Shown here in pieces: positions 1-10,672 of a stretch of 64,000 bases of DNA. Both the position numbers and the translations under genes were made by a program. The notes beneath the pieces were generated by a model. The model was not told the origin of the DNA and did not search any database. It saw only the letters and a list, made by a program, of their open reading frames with translations. Position 1 is the stretch's first letter. Every line of letters starts with the position of its first letter. Source of the stretch: an uncultured Candidatus Rokubacteria bacterium (GTDB lineage: Bacteria > Methylomirabilota > Methylomirabilia > Rokubacteriales > CSP1-6); NCBI GenBank assembly GCA_963747235.1, contig CAVVEU010000004.1:163317-227316 (forward strand), read 5' to 3'.

Positions 1-1722
1 GGTGCGATCGCCCTTCTCGTAGCGGAAGTAGCCCGCGCCGGTCTTCTGGCCGAAGCGGCCCAGCTCGCAGATGCGATCGGCCACCGCCGACTTCACGCCC
101 TTGCCCTTGCGGATGCGCCAGCCCACGTCGAGGCCGGCGAGGTCGCCCATCGCGAAGGGGCCCATCGGGAAGCCGAAGTCGGTGAGCACCTTGTCCACCT
201 CGTGGGGCAGCGCGCCCTCGAGGATCAGCTTCTCGGCTTCGCGGCCGCGCTGGTGCAGCATGCGGTTGCCCACGAAGCCGTAGCAGACGCCCACGCACAC
301 CGGCACCTTGGCGATGCGCCGGCCCACGCTCATCGCGGTGGCCACCACGTCCTTGGCCGACTTCTCGCCGCGCACGACTTCCAGGAGCCGCATCACGTTG
401 GCGGGGCTGAAGAAGTGCATGCCGATCACGCTCTCCGGCCGCGTGGTGGCCGACGCGATCTCGTCCACGTCGAGCGTGGAGGTGTTGGAGGCGAGCACCG
501 CCCCCGGCTTGCAGATCTTGTCGATCTTCGCGAAGACCTCCTTCTTGATCGGCATCTCCTCGAAGACGGCCTCCACCACGATGTCGGCGTCCGCGATCTT
601 GGACCAGTCGGTGGTGCCGGAGATCAGGCCCATGCGCTTCTCGACGTCCGGCATGGTGAGCCGGCCCCGGGAGGCGGTCGCCTCGTAGTTCTTCCGCACC
701 AGACCGAGACCGCGGTCGAGCGCCTCCTGGGCGACTTCCACCACCGTCACCGGGATGCCCGCGTTGGCGAAGTTCATCGCGATGCCGCCGCCCATCGTGC
801 CGGCCCCGAGCACCGCCGCCTTCTTGATCTCGCGGCTCTGGGTGTCGCCCGGCACGTCGGGGATCTTGGCCGCCTCGCGCTCCGCGAAGAAGAAGTAGCG
901 CTGCGCCTTGGACTCGGGCGAGGTGATCAGCTCCTGGAAGAGCTCGCGCTCGCGCTTCATGCCCTGGTCGAAGGGGAGATCAACTGCCGCTTCGATCGCC
1001 TTGATGCAGTTCTCCGGCGCCCGGAAGCCGCGGGTCTGGCGCGCCACCGACTTGCGGAACTCCGCGAAGACCTCGGGCTTGCCGCGCACCGCCGCGATCT
1101 TGTCGTCGAGGTCGCGGATCTTGCGGAGGGGCCGCTTCTCGGCCACGATCTTCTCCGCGAAGGCCACGCCGGCCGCGGTGAGATCGCCGTCCACGATCAG
1201 GTCGATGAGGCCGGCCTGCAACGCCTCGTCCGCCCCGATCGGATCGCCGCTCACGATCATGGACAGCGCCTTGGGCACCCCGACCACGCGCGGCAGCCGC
1301 TGGGTGCCGCCCGCGCCCGGCAGGAGGCCGAGCTTCACCTCGGGCAGGCCGAAGCGCGCGGCCTTCGCGCCCACGCGGTAGTGGCAGGCCAGCGTCACCT
1401 CGAGCCCGCCGCCGAGGGCGGTGCCGTGGATCGCGGCCACCACCGGCTTGGGCGAGCTCTCGATCAGGTCCAGCACTTCGTGCAGCCCGGGCTCCTTCGG
1501 CGGCTTGCCGAACTCGGTGATGTCGGCGCCCGCGATAAACGTGCGCCCCGCGCACGTGATCACGATCGCCGCGACGCCCGCATCGGCAGCGGCCTGCTTC
1601 AGGCCATCGCGCAACCCCTGGCGCACGTGCTGGCTCAGCGCGTTCACGGGCGGATTGTTGACGGTGAGCACGGCCACGCGGCCGCGGCGATCGAGATCAA
1701 CGGACTGGGTGATGGCGGTCAT
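1..1722 (-). CDS. 3-hydroxyacyl-CoA dehydrogenase/enoyl-CoA hydratase multifunctional protein (3' end runs off the window)
   Basis: Manual translation from ATG 1722 (SD GAAGGAG) gives MTAITQSVDLDRRGRVAVLTVNNPPVNAL. It has the crotonase motifs ALGGGLE and PEVKLGLLPGAGGTQRL, the Rossmann motif VLGAGTMGGGIA, and ASNTS/GMHFFSP. Confidence 0.92.
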   Translation of the reverse strand, partial: MTAITQSVDLDRRGRVAVLTVNNPPVNALSQHVRQGLRDGLKQAAADAGVAAIVITCAGRTFIAGADITEFGKPPKEPGLHEVLDLIESSPKPVVAAIHGTALGGGLEVTLACHYRVGAKAARFGLPEVKLGLLPGAGGTQRLPRVVGVPKALSMIVSGDPIGADEALQAGLIDLIVDGDLTAAGVAFAEKIVAEKRPLRKIRDLDDKIAAVRGKPEVFAEFRKSVARQTRGFRAPENCIKAIEAAVDLPFDQGMKRERELFQELITSPESKAQRYFFFAEREAAKIPDVPGDTQSREIKKAAVLGAGTMGGGIAMNFANAGIPVTVVEVAQEALDRGLGLVRKNYEATASRGRLTMPDVEKRMGLISGTTDWSKIADADIVVEAVFEEMPIKKEVFAKIDKICKPGAVLASNTSTLDVDEIASATTRPESVIGMHFFSPANVMRLLEVVRGEKSAKDVVATAMSVGRRIAKVPVCVGVCYGFVGNRMLHQRGREAEKLILEGALPHEVDKVLTDFGFPMGPFAMGDLAGLDVGWRIRKGKGVKSAVADRICELGRFGQKTGAGYFRYEKGDRT

Positions 1723-1931
1723 GGCCTTCTCCTTCGAAGGTGAGCGGTGAAGTGCCGCCAATCATAAGCGCCTTGCGGGGCCCCGGAAAGAGGAAATCTC
1801 CGGTCGTAACTACGCGTCTTCTTGGCCTTGTCGCACCGGTTTGCGGTATCGGCGCCGGGTACTATCACTCCCAGGCCCGAACGCGCATACTCCTCGAGCC
1901 AATGCCAGACCGGGACGAGACGAAGGGGAGC

Positions 1932-2153
1932 ATGAGCGGGGTCGGCGTGATGTTCGCCATGCTCGAGGAACAGCATGCCGACCACCTCATCCTGAGCGAC
2001 GGCAGCCAGATCCGGCTCGCGGATGGGCTGATCCTGGAGCCGCTCGGCTCCGGCGCTCGCCTCACCATCACCTACACGCGTGATGGTGGCGGGGCGATGG
2101 TCGCTCAGCGCATCAAGCGCAGCGACCTACCGAGGCTGTCCGACCGGGCGTAG
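1932..2153 (+). CDS. small hypothetical protein (~73 aa)
   Basis: Part of ORF 1740-2153. An SD-like GAAGGGGAG precedes ATG 1932. No recognisable motif. Confidence 0.5.
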   Translation: MSGVGVMFAMLEEQHADHLILSDGSQIRLADGLILEPLGSGARLTITYTRDGGGAMVAQRIKRSDLPRLSDRA

Positions 2154-2492
2154 CCGCCACCCGCTCATCGCCCCAGCCGGTCGAGTGCGCGACACGGCGC
2201 CGCGACGGCCATCTTCGCGCGCTTCCGTTTCTCCCGCTCTCCCGGGCCGCGCTTGTCGGCGAGCGCCAGGGTGTTTCCCAGACGCTTCCGTACGAGCATG
2301 GCCGCTGCGCTACCGCGATTTCCCGCTTCGTCCGGATCGCCATGACCGAGAAGTCCTCCGGCTCGTCAATAGGGCGCCTTGGGGGCGCGTCGGGATCTTC
2401 TTACCAGGTCGATCCTACCCACCCGGCGCCGCCCGCCCGGCGAGCCTGACGCCAAGCCGCCGTCTCGATTGAGCAATCGAGCCGGGAACATC

Positions 2493-2508
2493 CGGCACGC
2501 GGCGTGCG
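2493..2508 (+). promoter_or_regulatory. putative sigma54 (-24/-12) promoter
   Basis: CGGCACGCGGCGTGCG has GG-N10-GC spacing and lies upstream of SD GAGGAGG and ATG 2537. Confidence 0.5.
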
Positions 2509-2536
2509 TCCAAAGACTGCAGCGAGGAGGTCGATC

Positions 2537-2884
2537 ATGCTCAAGCAATCCATCGTGGTTCTGTTCGTCGCCGCACCGCTGATGATGTGTCCCTTCACCG
2601 TTGGGGCTCAGTCCATGGACCTGAAGACGACGCCGCCTGCGCGCGAGCGCCAGGCTCCGGGCGTTCCCGAGCGGGATATGCAGCCGCAGCGCCCGGCGCT
2701 GCCGGATCGTCCGAACTTCATCGCGCCGCTGTCGAAAGACACGAAGACGGGGCGCGCGGGCGTGGCGGGCTGGAGCGCGCCCAACCCGCCGGTGGGCTCT
2801 CGCATGGCCGGCGATCACGAGAATCCGGGCTGGCCGGGCGTGGGCTTCGCGATCGAGTGGGGCCACCCGGATCGGGCAAACTAG
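2537..2884 (+). CDS. hypothetical secreted protein
   Basis: Strong SD GAGGAGG, signal-peptide-like N-terminus (MLKQSIVVLFVAAPLMMCPFTVGA/Q) and a Pro-rich body. Confidence 0.65.
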   Translation: MLKQSIVVLFVAAPLMMCPFTVGAQSMDLKTTPPARERQAPGVPERDMQPQRPALPDRPNFIAPLSKDTKTGRAGVAGWSAPNPPVGSRMAGDHENPGWPGVGFAIEWGHPDRAN

Positions 2885-2905
2885 CTCGCGCGGTATACTC
2901 TCGCG

Positions 2906-4546
2906 ATGGCCGACTCGCCGGCTCCTTCGACGCGCCGCGGATCGACCCGCGACCTGGACTACGACACGATCGTCATCGGAGCGGGCATCTCCGGCCTGTA
3001 CCAGCTCTACCGTCTGCGGCAGCTGGGCCAGAAGGTCCGGGTGTTCGAGGCCGGGACCGGCGTCGGCGGCACGTGGTACTGGAACCGCTATCCGGGCTGT
3101 CGTTTCGATTCCGAGAGCTATTCCTACGGCTACTCGTTCAGCCAGGAGCTGCTGGACGGGTGGGACTGGACCGAGCATTTCGCGTCCCAGCCGGAGACCG
3201 AGCGATACCTGAACCACGTCGCCGACACGTTCGACCTGCGCCGGGACATCCAGTTCAGGAGCCGGGTGATGGCGGCGGTGTTCGACGAGGCCGGCCCCGC
3301 CTGGGAGATCACCCTGGAGGACGGCCGCCGCCACCGGTCGCGCCACCTGGTGACCGCGGTGGGCCCGCTGTCCGCCCCGACCCTGCCGCGGCTCGAGGGC
3401 GTCCCGGACTTCGAGGGCGAAGCGTTTCACACCGCGCGCTGGCCCAAGCATCCCGTCGAGTTCCGCGGGAAGCGGGTGGCCGTGATCGGCACCGGCGCCA
3501 CCGGCGTCCAGGCGATCCAGGAGATCGCCAAGACCGCGGGGCACCTCACCGTGTTCCAGCGCCGCCCGAACTGGTGCACGCCGCTGCACAACCGCCCCAT
3601 CCCCCGCGAAGAGATGGACGAGATCCGCCGGGGCTACCCGGCGCTGTTCAAGCGCTGCCTGGAGACCGCCGCCTGCTTCGTGCACACCATCGACCCGCGC
3701 GGCACGTTCGAGGTCGACGAGGAGGAGCGCCGGGCTTTCTGGGAGAAGCTCTACGCCTCGCCGGGGTTCGGCATCTGGCAGGGGAACTTCCGCGACATGC
3801 TGATCGACCGGGAGGCGAACCGGCTGATGTCCGAGTTCGTGGCGGACAAGATCCGCCAGCGCGTGAAGGACCCGAAGGTCGCGGAGATGCTGATCCCCAA
3901 GGACCACGGCTTCGGCACCCGCCGCGTCCCGCAGGAGACCCACTACTACGAGGTCTACAACCAGCCGAACGTCGAGCTGATCAGCATCCTCGAGACCCCG
4001 ATCGCGCGGATCACGCCGAAGGGTCTCCGGACGACCGAGCGGGAATTCGAGTTCGACATCATCGTCTACGCCACCGGCTTCGACGCCATCACCGGCAGCT
4101 TCGACCGCATCGATATCCGCGGGCGAGGCGGGCAGACGCTGAAGGACCGGTGGAGAGGCGGTCCCTCGACCTTCATCGGCGTGATGGTCGATGGCTTCCC
4201 CAACATGTTCATGGTGATGGGCCCGCACACCGCGCTCGGCAACATTCCGCGCAGCATCGAGTACAACGTCGAGTGGATCCGCGATCTGCTGGGCTACCTG
4301 GAGGCGCGCGGCCTGAGCTCGGCCGAGGCCCGGCCCGAGGCGGTGGAGGAGTGGACCGGCTTCGTGAAGAAGAAGGGCGAGGGCCTGCTCTCCAACGAGG
4401 TCGATTCCTGGATGACCGGCGTCAACTCGAACGTCGAGGGCAAGCAGGTGCGCATCGTCGCCCGCTACAGCGGCACCGCCCCCGAGTACCGCGCGTGGTG
4501 CGACCGGGTCGCCGCCGACGGCTACCGCGAGCTGATGCTGACCTGA
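2906..4546 (+). CDS. Baeyer-Villiger monooxygenase (cyclohexanone monooxygenase-like, FAD/NADPH)
   Basis: GAGISG, GGTWYWNRYPG, the BVMO fingerprint FEGEAFHTARWP, GTGATG and ATGFDA. Confidence 0.93.
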   Translation: MADSPAPSTRRGSTRDLDYDTIVIGAGISGLYQLYRLRQLGQKVRVFEAGTGVGGTWYWNRYPGCRFDSESYSYGYSFSQELLDGWDWTEHFASQPETERYLNHVADTFDLRRDIQFRSRVMAAVFDEAGPAWEITLEDGRRHRSRHLVTAVGPLSAPTLPRLEGVPDFEGEAFHTARWPKHPVEFRGKRVAVIGTGATGVQAIQEIAKTAGHLTVFQRRPNWCTPLHNRPIPREEMDEIRRGYPALFKRCLETAACFVHTIDPRGTFEVDEEERRAFWEKLYASPGFGIWQGNFRDMLIDREANRLMSEFVADKIRQRVKDPKVAEMLIPKDHGFGTRRVPQETHYYEVYNQPNVELISILETPIARITPKGLRTTEREFEFDIIVYATGFDAITGSFDRIDIRGRGGQTLKDRWRGGPSTFIGVMVDGFPNMFMVMGPHTALGNIPRSIEYNVEWIRDLLGYLEARGLSSAEARPEAVEEWTGFVKKKGEGLLSNEVDSWMTGVNSNVEGKQVRIVARYSGTAPEYRAWCDRVAADGYRELMLT

Positions 4547-4550
4547 GGCC

Positions 4551-5414
4551 CTAGCGCAGCTCGCGCGCGGTCTTCTCGACGAACCGCTCGAGCCCGGCCG
4601 CGTCGAGCGACCGCGGCGGCATCAGGATCAGGCGGTGGACCCCGAGGGCGGCGAAGCGGTCCGCGCTCGCGCGGTCCATCGCCTCGCCGCCTCTGGTGGG
4701 CCGCGGCGTGACGCTGATCTCGAGCGGACCCAGCGCGGCCGGCCGCTCGTGCCGCGCCGCCGCCTGACGCAGGCCCTCCAGACACCGCTGCACGCCGGCT
4801 TCGTCCAGGGCGAAGCCGTACCAGCCGTTCCCCTGCTCCACCGCCCGCCGGAACGCGGCCTCGGTGTGCCCGCCCACCACGAGCGGCGGCCCGGGTTGCT
4901 GCACCGGATGGGGATGCGCCTGCACCCCATCGAAGCTCACGAAGCGGCCGCGATACGCGGGCCGCGCCTCGCTCCAGATCACCCGCAGCGCGGCCAGGTA
5001 GTCGTCGGTGACCGGGCCGCGGTGCTCGAACGGAATGCCGAGCGCGCGGAACTCGGGCTCGAGGTAGCCCACGCCGACGCCGAAGATCAGGCGCCCGCCG
5101 GAGAGCACGTCGAGCGAGGCGAGCTGCTTGGCCAGCACCAGCGGGTTGCGCTGCGGCAGGATGATGATGCCGGTGCCGAGGCGGATGCGCGTGGTGTGCG
5201 CGGCCACGAAGGCGAGCGTCACCACCGGGTCCATGATGCGATCCTCGGGCTCCATCGGCGACGGGGGCACGCGCGGGTCCGGCAGCACCACGTGCTCGCC
5301 GCCCCAGAGCGAGTCGAAGCCGGCCGCCTCCGCCGCGCGCGCCACGCGGGCCGCGCCGTCCGGATAGGTGCAGGGCCCGGTGGTCATCGAGAAGAGGCCC
5401 AGCTTCAACGGCAT
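4551..5414 (-). CDS. LLM class (probably F420-dependent) oxidoreductase
   Basis: GFDSLWGGEHVVLP, TTRIRLGTGIIILPQRNP and LDVLSGGRLIFGVGVGY. Confidence 0.9.
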   Translation of the reverse strand: MPLKLGLFSMTTGPCTYPDGAARVARAAEAAGFDSLWGGEHVVLPDPRVPPSPMEPEDRIMDPVVTLAFVAAHTTRIRLGTGIIILPQRNPLVLAKQLASLDVLSGGRLIFGVGVGYLEPEFRALGIPFEHRGPVTDDYLAALRVIWSEARPAYRGRFVSFDGVQAHPHPVQQPGPPLVVGGHTEAAFRRAVEQGNGWYGFALDEAGVQRCLEGLRQAAARHERPAALGPLEISVTPRPTRGGEAMDRASADRFAALGVHRLILMPPRSLDAAGLERFVEKTARELR

Positions 5415-6256
5415 CAGGCGTCCTTGACGAGCAGCGCCCGCGCGCGCTCGCGCAGGGCGTCCGGCAGCGGCGCGGGCCGGCGCGCGTCCTGATCGAAGTG
5501 CACGCCGGACTGCTCGAGCGTGGCCACGACCTCGTCGCCCGGCTCCCGCGTCATCACGTGGAGGATGCGCAGCGAGGAGTTGCCCACGTGCAGCACGCCG
5601 GAGCGCACCCGCACGCCGTCTCCCGGCCTCAGGGGACTCCCGAGCTCGAGCTGGAACTCGAAGGTGGAGAAGCCGCGGTGCTCCGCGCGCATGTAGGCCG
5701 GCGTCATGCCGAACGCGGCGATGGCGTGGCCGTTGGCCGCCGAGAAGCGGTGGATGTAGTGCGAGAGCGCGGCGCCGCCCGAGATGTCCACCTCCACCGG
5801 CTTGACGATGTCGAGCGCGCTGTCCCGGAAGCCCGCGAGGCCGGCCGGCCGCGGCCGCCGCTCTCGCGCCGGCCCGTCCCAGTCCACCCGGTGTGCCTCC
5901 ACGGCGCGCCGGGTCTCCGCGCTCAGGGGCGCGGCGAGGCGCACGCGCTGCTCCACCGTGGTGCAGAGCGCGCCCGCCCCGGAGTCGAAGAGCTTGTGGC
6001 CCAGCACCAGCGCGTCGAGCTCCACCGAGGTCACGCCGCTCTCCATGTGCATGATGTCGCCCACGCGCAGCTCGCGCTGGTAGCGGACGAAGGAGTCGGC
6101 GGTGCGGGCGGCCGCGGCGGTCAGGCCGACCGCCGCCAGCAGCCCCGCGCCCGCGTCGGCGATGCGGGCGAAGTAGTACGCCACCGTGAGGTGGTCGTTC
6201 GGATCCACCTCCCAGCGGAAGACGGTCCCCCGGTAGGTCTCGAGCCAGTCCCCCAC
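5414..6256 (-). CDS. double hotdog-fold thioesterase family protein
   Basis: Two 4HBT-like repeats (WEVDPNDHLTVAYY; VEVDISGGAALSHY...HVGNSSL). Its stop overlaps the LLM start. Confidence 0.75.
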   Translation of the reverse strand: MGDWLETYRGTVFRWEVDPNDHLTVAYYFARIADAGAGLLAAVGLTAAAARTADSFVRYQRELRVGDIMHMESGVTSVELDALVLGHKLFDSGAGALCTTVEQRVRLAAPLSAETRRAVEAHRVDWDGPARERRPRPAGLAGFRDSALDIVKPVEVDISGGAALSHYIHRFSAANGHAIAAFGMTPAYMRAEHRGFSTFEFQLELGSPLRPGDGVRVRSGVLHVGNSSLRILHVMTREPGDEVVATLEQSGVHFDQDARRPAPLPDALRERARALLVKDA

Positions 6257-6267
6257 GGGCGCGGGGC

Positions 6268-7251
6268 CTAGATGTACACCGACTTCATGGCGGGCACCGG
6301 GTAGCGCTCGCCCGCGGCGGCGCCGGCCGGGACCGCGTCCTGGAGCGCGGCAACCTCGTCCGGCGTGAGGCGCACGTCCGCGGCGCCCACGTTCTCCTCG
6401 AGCCGGTCCTTCCGCTTGGTGCCCGGGATCGGCACGATGTCGGGGCCCCGCGCGAGCAGCCAGGCCAGCGCGAGCTGCCCGGGCGTGCAGCCCTTCTTCC
6501 GGGCCATGTCGTCGAGGGGCTTCAGGAGGTCGAGGTTCTTCTTGAGGTTTTCTTCCTGGAAGCGCGGGTGGTCGCGCCGCCGGTCGTCCGAGGGGATCTC
6601 CGCGGCGGAGCGGGTGCGGCCGGTCAGCAGGCTGCGGCCGAGCGGCGAGTAGGCCATGAAGGAGATGCCCAGCTCGCGCAGGGTCGGCAGCGTCTCCTCC
6701 GCCTCCACGCGGTAGAGCAGGGAGAACTCGGACTGTAGCGCGGTGATCGGATATACCGCGTGCGCGCGGCGCACGGTCGCCGGGGAGGCTTCCGACAGCC
6801 CGATGAAGCGCACCTTGCCCGCCTCCACCAGGCGCGACATCGCGCCCACCGTCTCCTCGATCGGCACGCTCGGGTCCACCCGGTGCTGGAGGTAGAGGTC
6901 GATGGTGCTGACGCCCAGCCGCTTCAGGCTCGCCTCGCAGGCCTGGGGCACGTACTCGGGGCGGCCGTTGACCCCCGCGGTCCCGTCCGGCTTGCGGAGG
7001 TTGCCGAACTTGGTCGCGAGGACGACCTGGTCGCGGTGGCCGCGCAGGGCCCGGCCCAGCAGCTCCTCGTTCTGGCCCCAGCCGTACATGTCGGAGGAGT
7101 CGAGAAAGTTCACGCCGAGATCGAGCGCCTTGTGGACGACCGCGATGGACTCCGCCTCGTCGCCCTTGCCGTAGACGTTGGACATGGACATGCAGCCGAG
7201 GCCGACCGCGGAAACGGCCAGCGAGCTCTTGCCGAGTATGCGTTGCTCCAC
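6268..7251 (-). CDS. aldo/keto reductase
   Basis: [31 protein letters not shown] and IPGTK. GTG start with SD GAGGAGG. Confidence 0.93.
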   Translation of the reverse strand: MEQRILGKSSLAVSAVGLGCMSMSNVYGKGDEAESIAVVHKALDLGVNFLDSSDMYGWGQNEELLGRALRGHRDQVVLATKFGNLRKPDGTAGVNGRPEYVPQACEASLKRLGVSTIDLYLQHRVDPSVPIEETVGAMSRLVEAGKVRFIGLSEASPATVRRAHAVYPITALQSEFSLLYRVEAEETLPTLRELGISFMAYSPLGRSLLTGRTRSAAEIPSDDRRRDHPRFQEENLKKNLDLLKPLDDMARKKGCTPGQLALAWLLARGPDIVPIPGTKRKDRLEENVGAADVRLTPDEVAALQDAVPAGAAAGERYPVPAMKSVYI

Positions 7252-7330
7252 GAGTTCCTCCTCGGAACCTGCCAAAGTTGGATAGGATACGGCGACCGAT
7301 TCTATCTCAAGACCGAGGTGCCCGCGACCC

Positions 7331-8998
7331 GTGCCGCACGACGTGACCCTGCTCCGTGACATCGCCCTCGGGATCATGTTCGCCGCGATCCTGGGGCACG
7401 TGGCCCGGCTGCTCCGGCAGCCGCTGCTCCTGGGCTACATCGCGGGGGGGATCCTGCTGAGCCCCCAGATGGGCTTCGGCCTGGTCACCAACGCGGAGAG
7501 CATCGAGCTGATCTCGGAGATCGGCCTGATCCTCCTCCTCTTCATCATCGGGCTCGAGATCGACCTGCGGGAGCTCCAGCGCCTGGGCCGCTCCATGCTG
7601 GCCCTGGGCGTCGGCCAGTTCGTGGTCAACGCGCTGCTGGGCCTGGCCTTCTTCGCCTGGCTCGGCTACCGGGTGGCCGAGGGCCGCTTCGATCTCGTCT
7701 ACCTCGCGATCGTGATGTCGCTGAGCTCGACCCTGATCGTGGTCAAGCTCCTGCGCGAGAAGTTCGAGCTCAAGATCCTCTCGGGACGGCTCACCCTGGG
7801 CGTCCTGGTGGTCCAGGACATCTGGGCCATCCTGTTCATGGCGGTGCAGCCGAGCCTGGCCGAGCCGGGCGTGCTCCAGATCGCCCAGTCCATCGCGGGC
7901 GGCGCGGTGCTGGTCGGCGTCACGTTCCTGGCCAGCCGCTATCTCCTGGCGCCCCTGCTCGAGGCCTCCGCGCGCCGGCCCGAGCTGGTGCTGATCTCCT
8001 CGGTGGCCTGGTGCTTCGGCATCGCCGGCGTCGCGGACCAGCTCGGCCTCTCGCGCGAGATGGGCGCCCTGATCGCGGGGGTGAGCATCTCGGCCTTCCC
8101 CTACGGCGCCGACGTCATCTCCAAGGTGACCGGCGTGCGCGACTTCTTCGTCACCCTCTTCTTCGTCGCGCTCGGCCTGAAGGTGCCGGTGCCCAGCGGG
8201 GACGTGCTCGGCCAGGCGCTGCTCATCGTGGTCTTCGTGCTGGCGAGCCGCGTGCTCTCGGTGGTGCCCACGTCCTACGTGCTGGGCGACGGGCTCTACG
8301 CGGGCACGGTCACCGCGCTGAACCTGGCCCAGATCAGCGAGTTCTCGCTCGTGATCCTGACCCTGGGCACCGGGTACGGGCACGTCTCCACGCAGGTGAG
8401 CGCGGTGGTGCTCACCGCCATGATCCTGACCTCGCTGCTGTCGCCCTACCTGATCACCGGCAACGATCGCATCGCCCGGTGGCTCCTGCGGCCCTTCGTG
8501 CGCGGTCCCGGCGCGGGCGGGGCCGCCGCGCCCGCCGCGGAGGCGCGCGCGGCGCGGGACATCGTGCTGCTCGGCCACTTCCGCATCGCCCAGGCGGTGC
8601 TCGACCTGGTGGAGACGCAGGCCCCGCAGCTCAAGGGGCGCATCACGCTGGTGGACTACGACGCCAACCGCGCCCACGGGGTCATCGCGCGCGGGTTCCG
8701 GTGGGAGTACGGCGATCTCGCCAACCCCGACGCCCTCGAGCACCTGGGCATCGAGGAGGCGCGCATCGTGGTGACCACGATCTCCGACACGTTCCTCAAG
8801 GGCATCAGCACGCGCCGGCTGGTGGGCAATCTGCGCCGCCTCGCGCCGCGCGCGGTGATCGTGATGACCGGCGAGGAGCGGACCGACATGGAGGACCTGC
8901 TGCGCGCGGGCGCCGACCACGTGCTGATTCCCGGCGAGATCACCGGGGAGCGCATCCTCGAGCTGCTCCGCCAGGGCGACGGGGGCGGCGCCGCCTAG
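7331..8998 (+). CDS. cation:proton antiporter, CPA2/Kef family, with C-terminal TrkA-N/KTN-like domain
   Basis: Many TM helices, [23 protein letters not shown] and AQISEFS, plus C-terminal YGD...GADHV. Confidence 0.9.
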   Translation: MPHDVTLLRDIALGIMFAAILGHVARLLRQPLLLGYIAGGILLSPQMGFGLVTNAESIELISEIGLILLLFIIGLEIDLRELQRLGRSMLALGVGQFVVNALLGLAFFAWLGYRVAEGRFDLVYLAIVMSLSSTLIVVKLLREKFELKILSGRLTLGVLVVQDIWAILFMAVQPSLAEPGVLQIAQSIAGGAVLVGVTFLASRYLLAPLLEASARRPELVLISSVAWCFGIAGVADQLGLSREMGALIAGVSISAFPYGADVISKVTGVRDFFVTLFFVALGLKVPVPSGDVLGQALLIVVFVLASRVLSVVPTSYVLGDGLYAGTVTALNLAQISEFSLVILTLGTGYGHVSTQVSAVVLTAMILTSLLSPYLITGNDRIARWLLRPFVRGPGAGGAAAPAAEARAARDIVLLGHFRIAQAVLDLVETQAPQLKGRITLVDYDANRAHGVIARGFRWEYGDLANPDALEHLGIEEARIVVTTISDTFLKGISTRRLVGNLRRLAPRAVIVMTGEERTDMEDLLRAGADHVLIPGEITGERILELLRQGDGGGAA

Positions 8999-9008
8999 CG
9001 TCGGCCGA

Positions 9009-9986
9009 TCAGGCGATGCCGGCCATGCGCGCGAAGGCGGTCAGCTCGCGCGGGATGTCACCGCCCGAGGGCTGGTAGGCGATCTCGGTCACCCCGCGCG
9101 CGGCGAGCTCGTCGATGCGCGCGCGCAGCGCCGTCGCCTCGCCGGTGAAGGTGACGCGCCGGATCATGTCGCCGCTCACCACCGCGCGGTCCACCGGGTT
9201 CAGCTCGGTGAGATGGCCGGCATGCGTGCGCAGGTGGCGCTCGCGCGCGGGCACCGCCTCGATGGCGGCCTGCCACGCGGAACCGCCGGGCAGGGTGGCC
9301 AGGTCGAGGCCGGGCACGTTGCGATACTCGTAGGCGCGATGCAGCAGCACCGCCGCGCCCGCGCCCGCCGCATCGAGCGCGCGCGGGGCGTCGGGCCGCT
9401 CCCCGGGCTCGAGCACCGTGCCCAGCGTGAGCTGGATGGACCAGGGGAAGCCGGGCGTGGGCACGACCGAGAAGACGCCGTCGCCCTCCGCGCGGGCCAC
9501 CGCCTCGCCCTTGGGGCCGCGCGTGCCGAAGACGAACGGCACGCGGATCGGACGCCGGGGTGCCTGTCCCGCGCCGTGCAGGAGCTGGGTGAGGGCGCCG
9601 TCCACCTCCATCATCTCGCCCGCGAGCAGGCCGCGGAGCTGGCGCGCGTAGCGCGCGACCGACGACCAGGTATTCGGCCGCTGGCCCATCGCCATGCGTC
9701 CGGTGAAGCCGGAGCCGATACCCACGTTCACGCGGCCTGGCGCGATGTCCACCAGCGTGGCGACCGCCGCCGCGGTCACCACCACGTGGCGCAGGCTCGG
9801 GATGAGCACGCCGGGGCCGAGCTCGATGCGCCGGGTGCGCTCGGCGGCGCGGCCGAGCGTCATCCACACGTCGAGCTGCAGCGCGGGCGTGTCGTAGACC
9901 CACGCGCGCCGGTAGCCGAGCCGCTCCGCGAGCGCGATGTGCTCCGGGGTGCCCGGCACCGGGGGGAACGCGCAGGAGATATCCAC
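9009..9986 (-). CDS. LLM class flavin-dependent oxidoreductase (Mer-like)
   Basis: AERLGYRRAWVYD, RTRRIELGPGVLIP and GRVNVGIGSG. GTG start inferred. Confidence 0.85.
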   Translation of the reverse strand: MDISCAFPPVPGTPEHIALAERLGYRRAWVYDTPALQLDVWMTLGRAAERTRRIELGPGVLIPSLRHVVVTAAAVATLVDIAPGRVNVGIGSGFTGRMAMGQRPNTWSSVARYARQLRGLLAGEMMEVDGALTQLLHGAGQAPRRPIRVPFVFGTRGPKGEAVARAEGDGVFSVVPTPGFPWSIQLTLGTVLEPGERPDAPRALDAAGAGAAVLLHRAYEYRNVPGLDLATLPGGSAWQAAIEAVPARERHLRTHAGHLTELNPVDRAVVSGDMIRRVTFTGEATALRARIDELAARGVTEIAYQPSGGDIPRELTAFARMAGIA

Positions 9987-10000
9987 CGCGGGGCGTTCGC

Positions 10001-10672
10001 TCAGCGGCCGGGCCCGAGCGGCGCCCCGCCCCAGCGCTCGAGCATCGCGAACTCCGCGACCGGCTTGCGGGTGAGCTTGGTGATGTTCTTCACCGGCCGG
10101 CCGAGGGGCATCACCGCCGCCACCGCCACGTGGGAAGGGAGGCCGAGCAGCGCCTGCAGCGCCGGCTCCTGGGCCGCGGCCAGCGTGGTGATGGTCCCGG
10201 CGAAGCCCTCGTGGCGCGCGGCGAGCAGGATGTTCCACGCGAACGGATAGATGGACGCGCCGCTGATCACGCCGACGCGCTTCAATTCCGAGTCCATCGA
10301 GGCCACCACCTTCAGGTCCACGCAGATCACCAGGACCACCGGCGCCTTGAGCACCGGCTCGATCAGCCGGGGCGGGGCCGGGGTGCGCTCGATGGTGGCC
10401 GCGTCCACCTTCGTGGGGACGATGGTGTTCCACGGGCTCTCGCCCACCTGCACCTGCGCGGCGTAGCGCTTGGCCGCGGGGACGGTCGCGGCGGCCAGGC
10501 CCTCGCGCGTCTTCGGGTCGCGCACCACGATCACGCGCCAGCCCTGGCGGTTGCCGCCGCTCGGAGCGAAGCGCGCGCGGTCCAGGATCGTGAAGAGCGT
10601 CTCGTCGGGCAGCGGGTCGGCGGTGAACTCGCGGGCCGAGAACGTGGTGCGCATCACGTCGTAGAGCTCCAT
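10001..10672 (-). CDS. nitroreductase family protein
   Basis: MELYDVMRTTFSAREF, APSGGNRQGW and WNILLAARHEG. SD GGAGGAG. Confidence 0.9.
   Translation of the reverse strand: MELYDVMRTTFSAREFTADPLPDETLFTILDRARFAPSGGNRQGWRVIVVRDPKTREGLAAATVPAAKRYAAQVQVGESPWNTIVPTKVDAATIERTPAPPRLIEPVLKAPVVLVICVDLKVVASMDSELKRVGVISGASIYPFAWNILLAARHEGFAGTITTLAAAQEPALQALLGLPSHVAVAAVMPLGRPVKNITKLTRKPVAEFAMLERWGGAPLGPGR

Noticed and set aside
202-1743. Long plus-strand ORF, and many similar antisense ORFs
   Set aside because: These are shadow ORFs of GC-rich genes on the opposite strand and carry no motifs.
2113-2343. Minus-strand 76-aa ORF with an SD-like GGAGG
   Set aside because: Atypical composition, overlap with the neighbouring gene's end and no motif.
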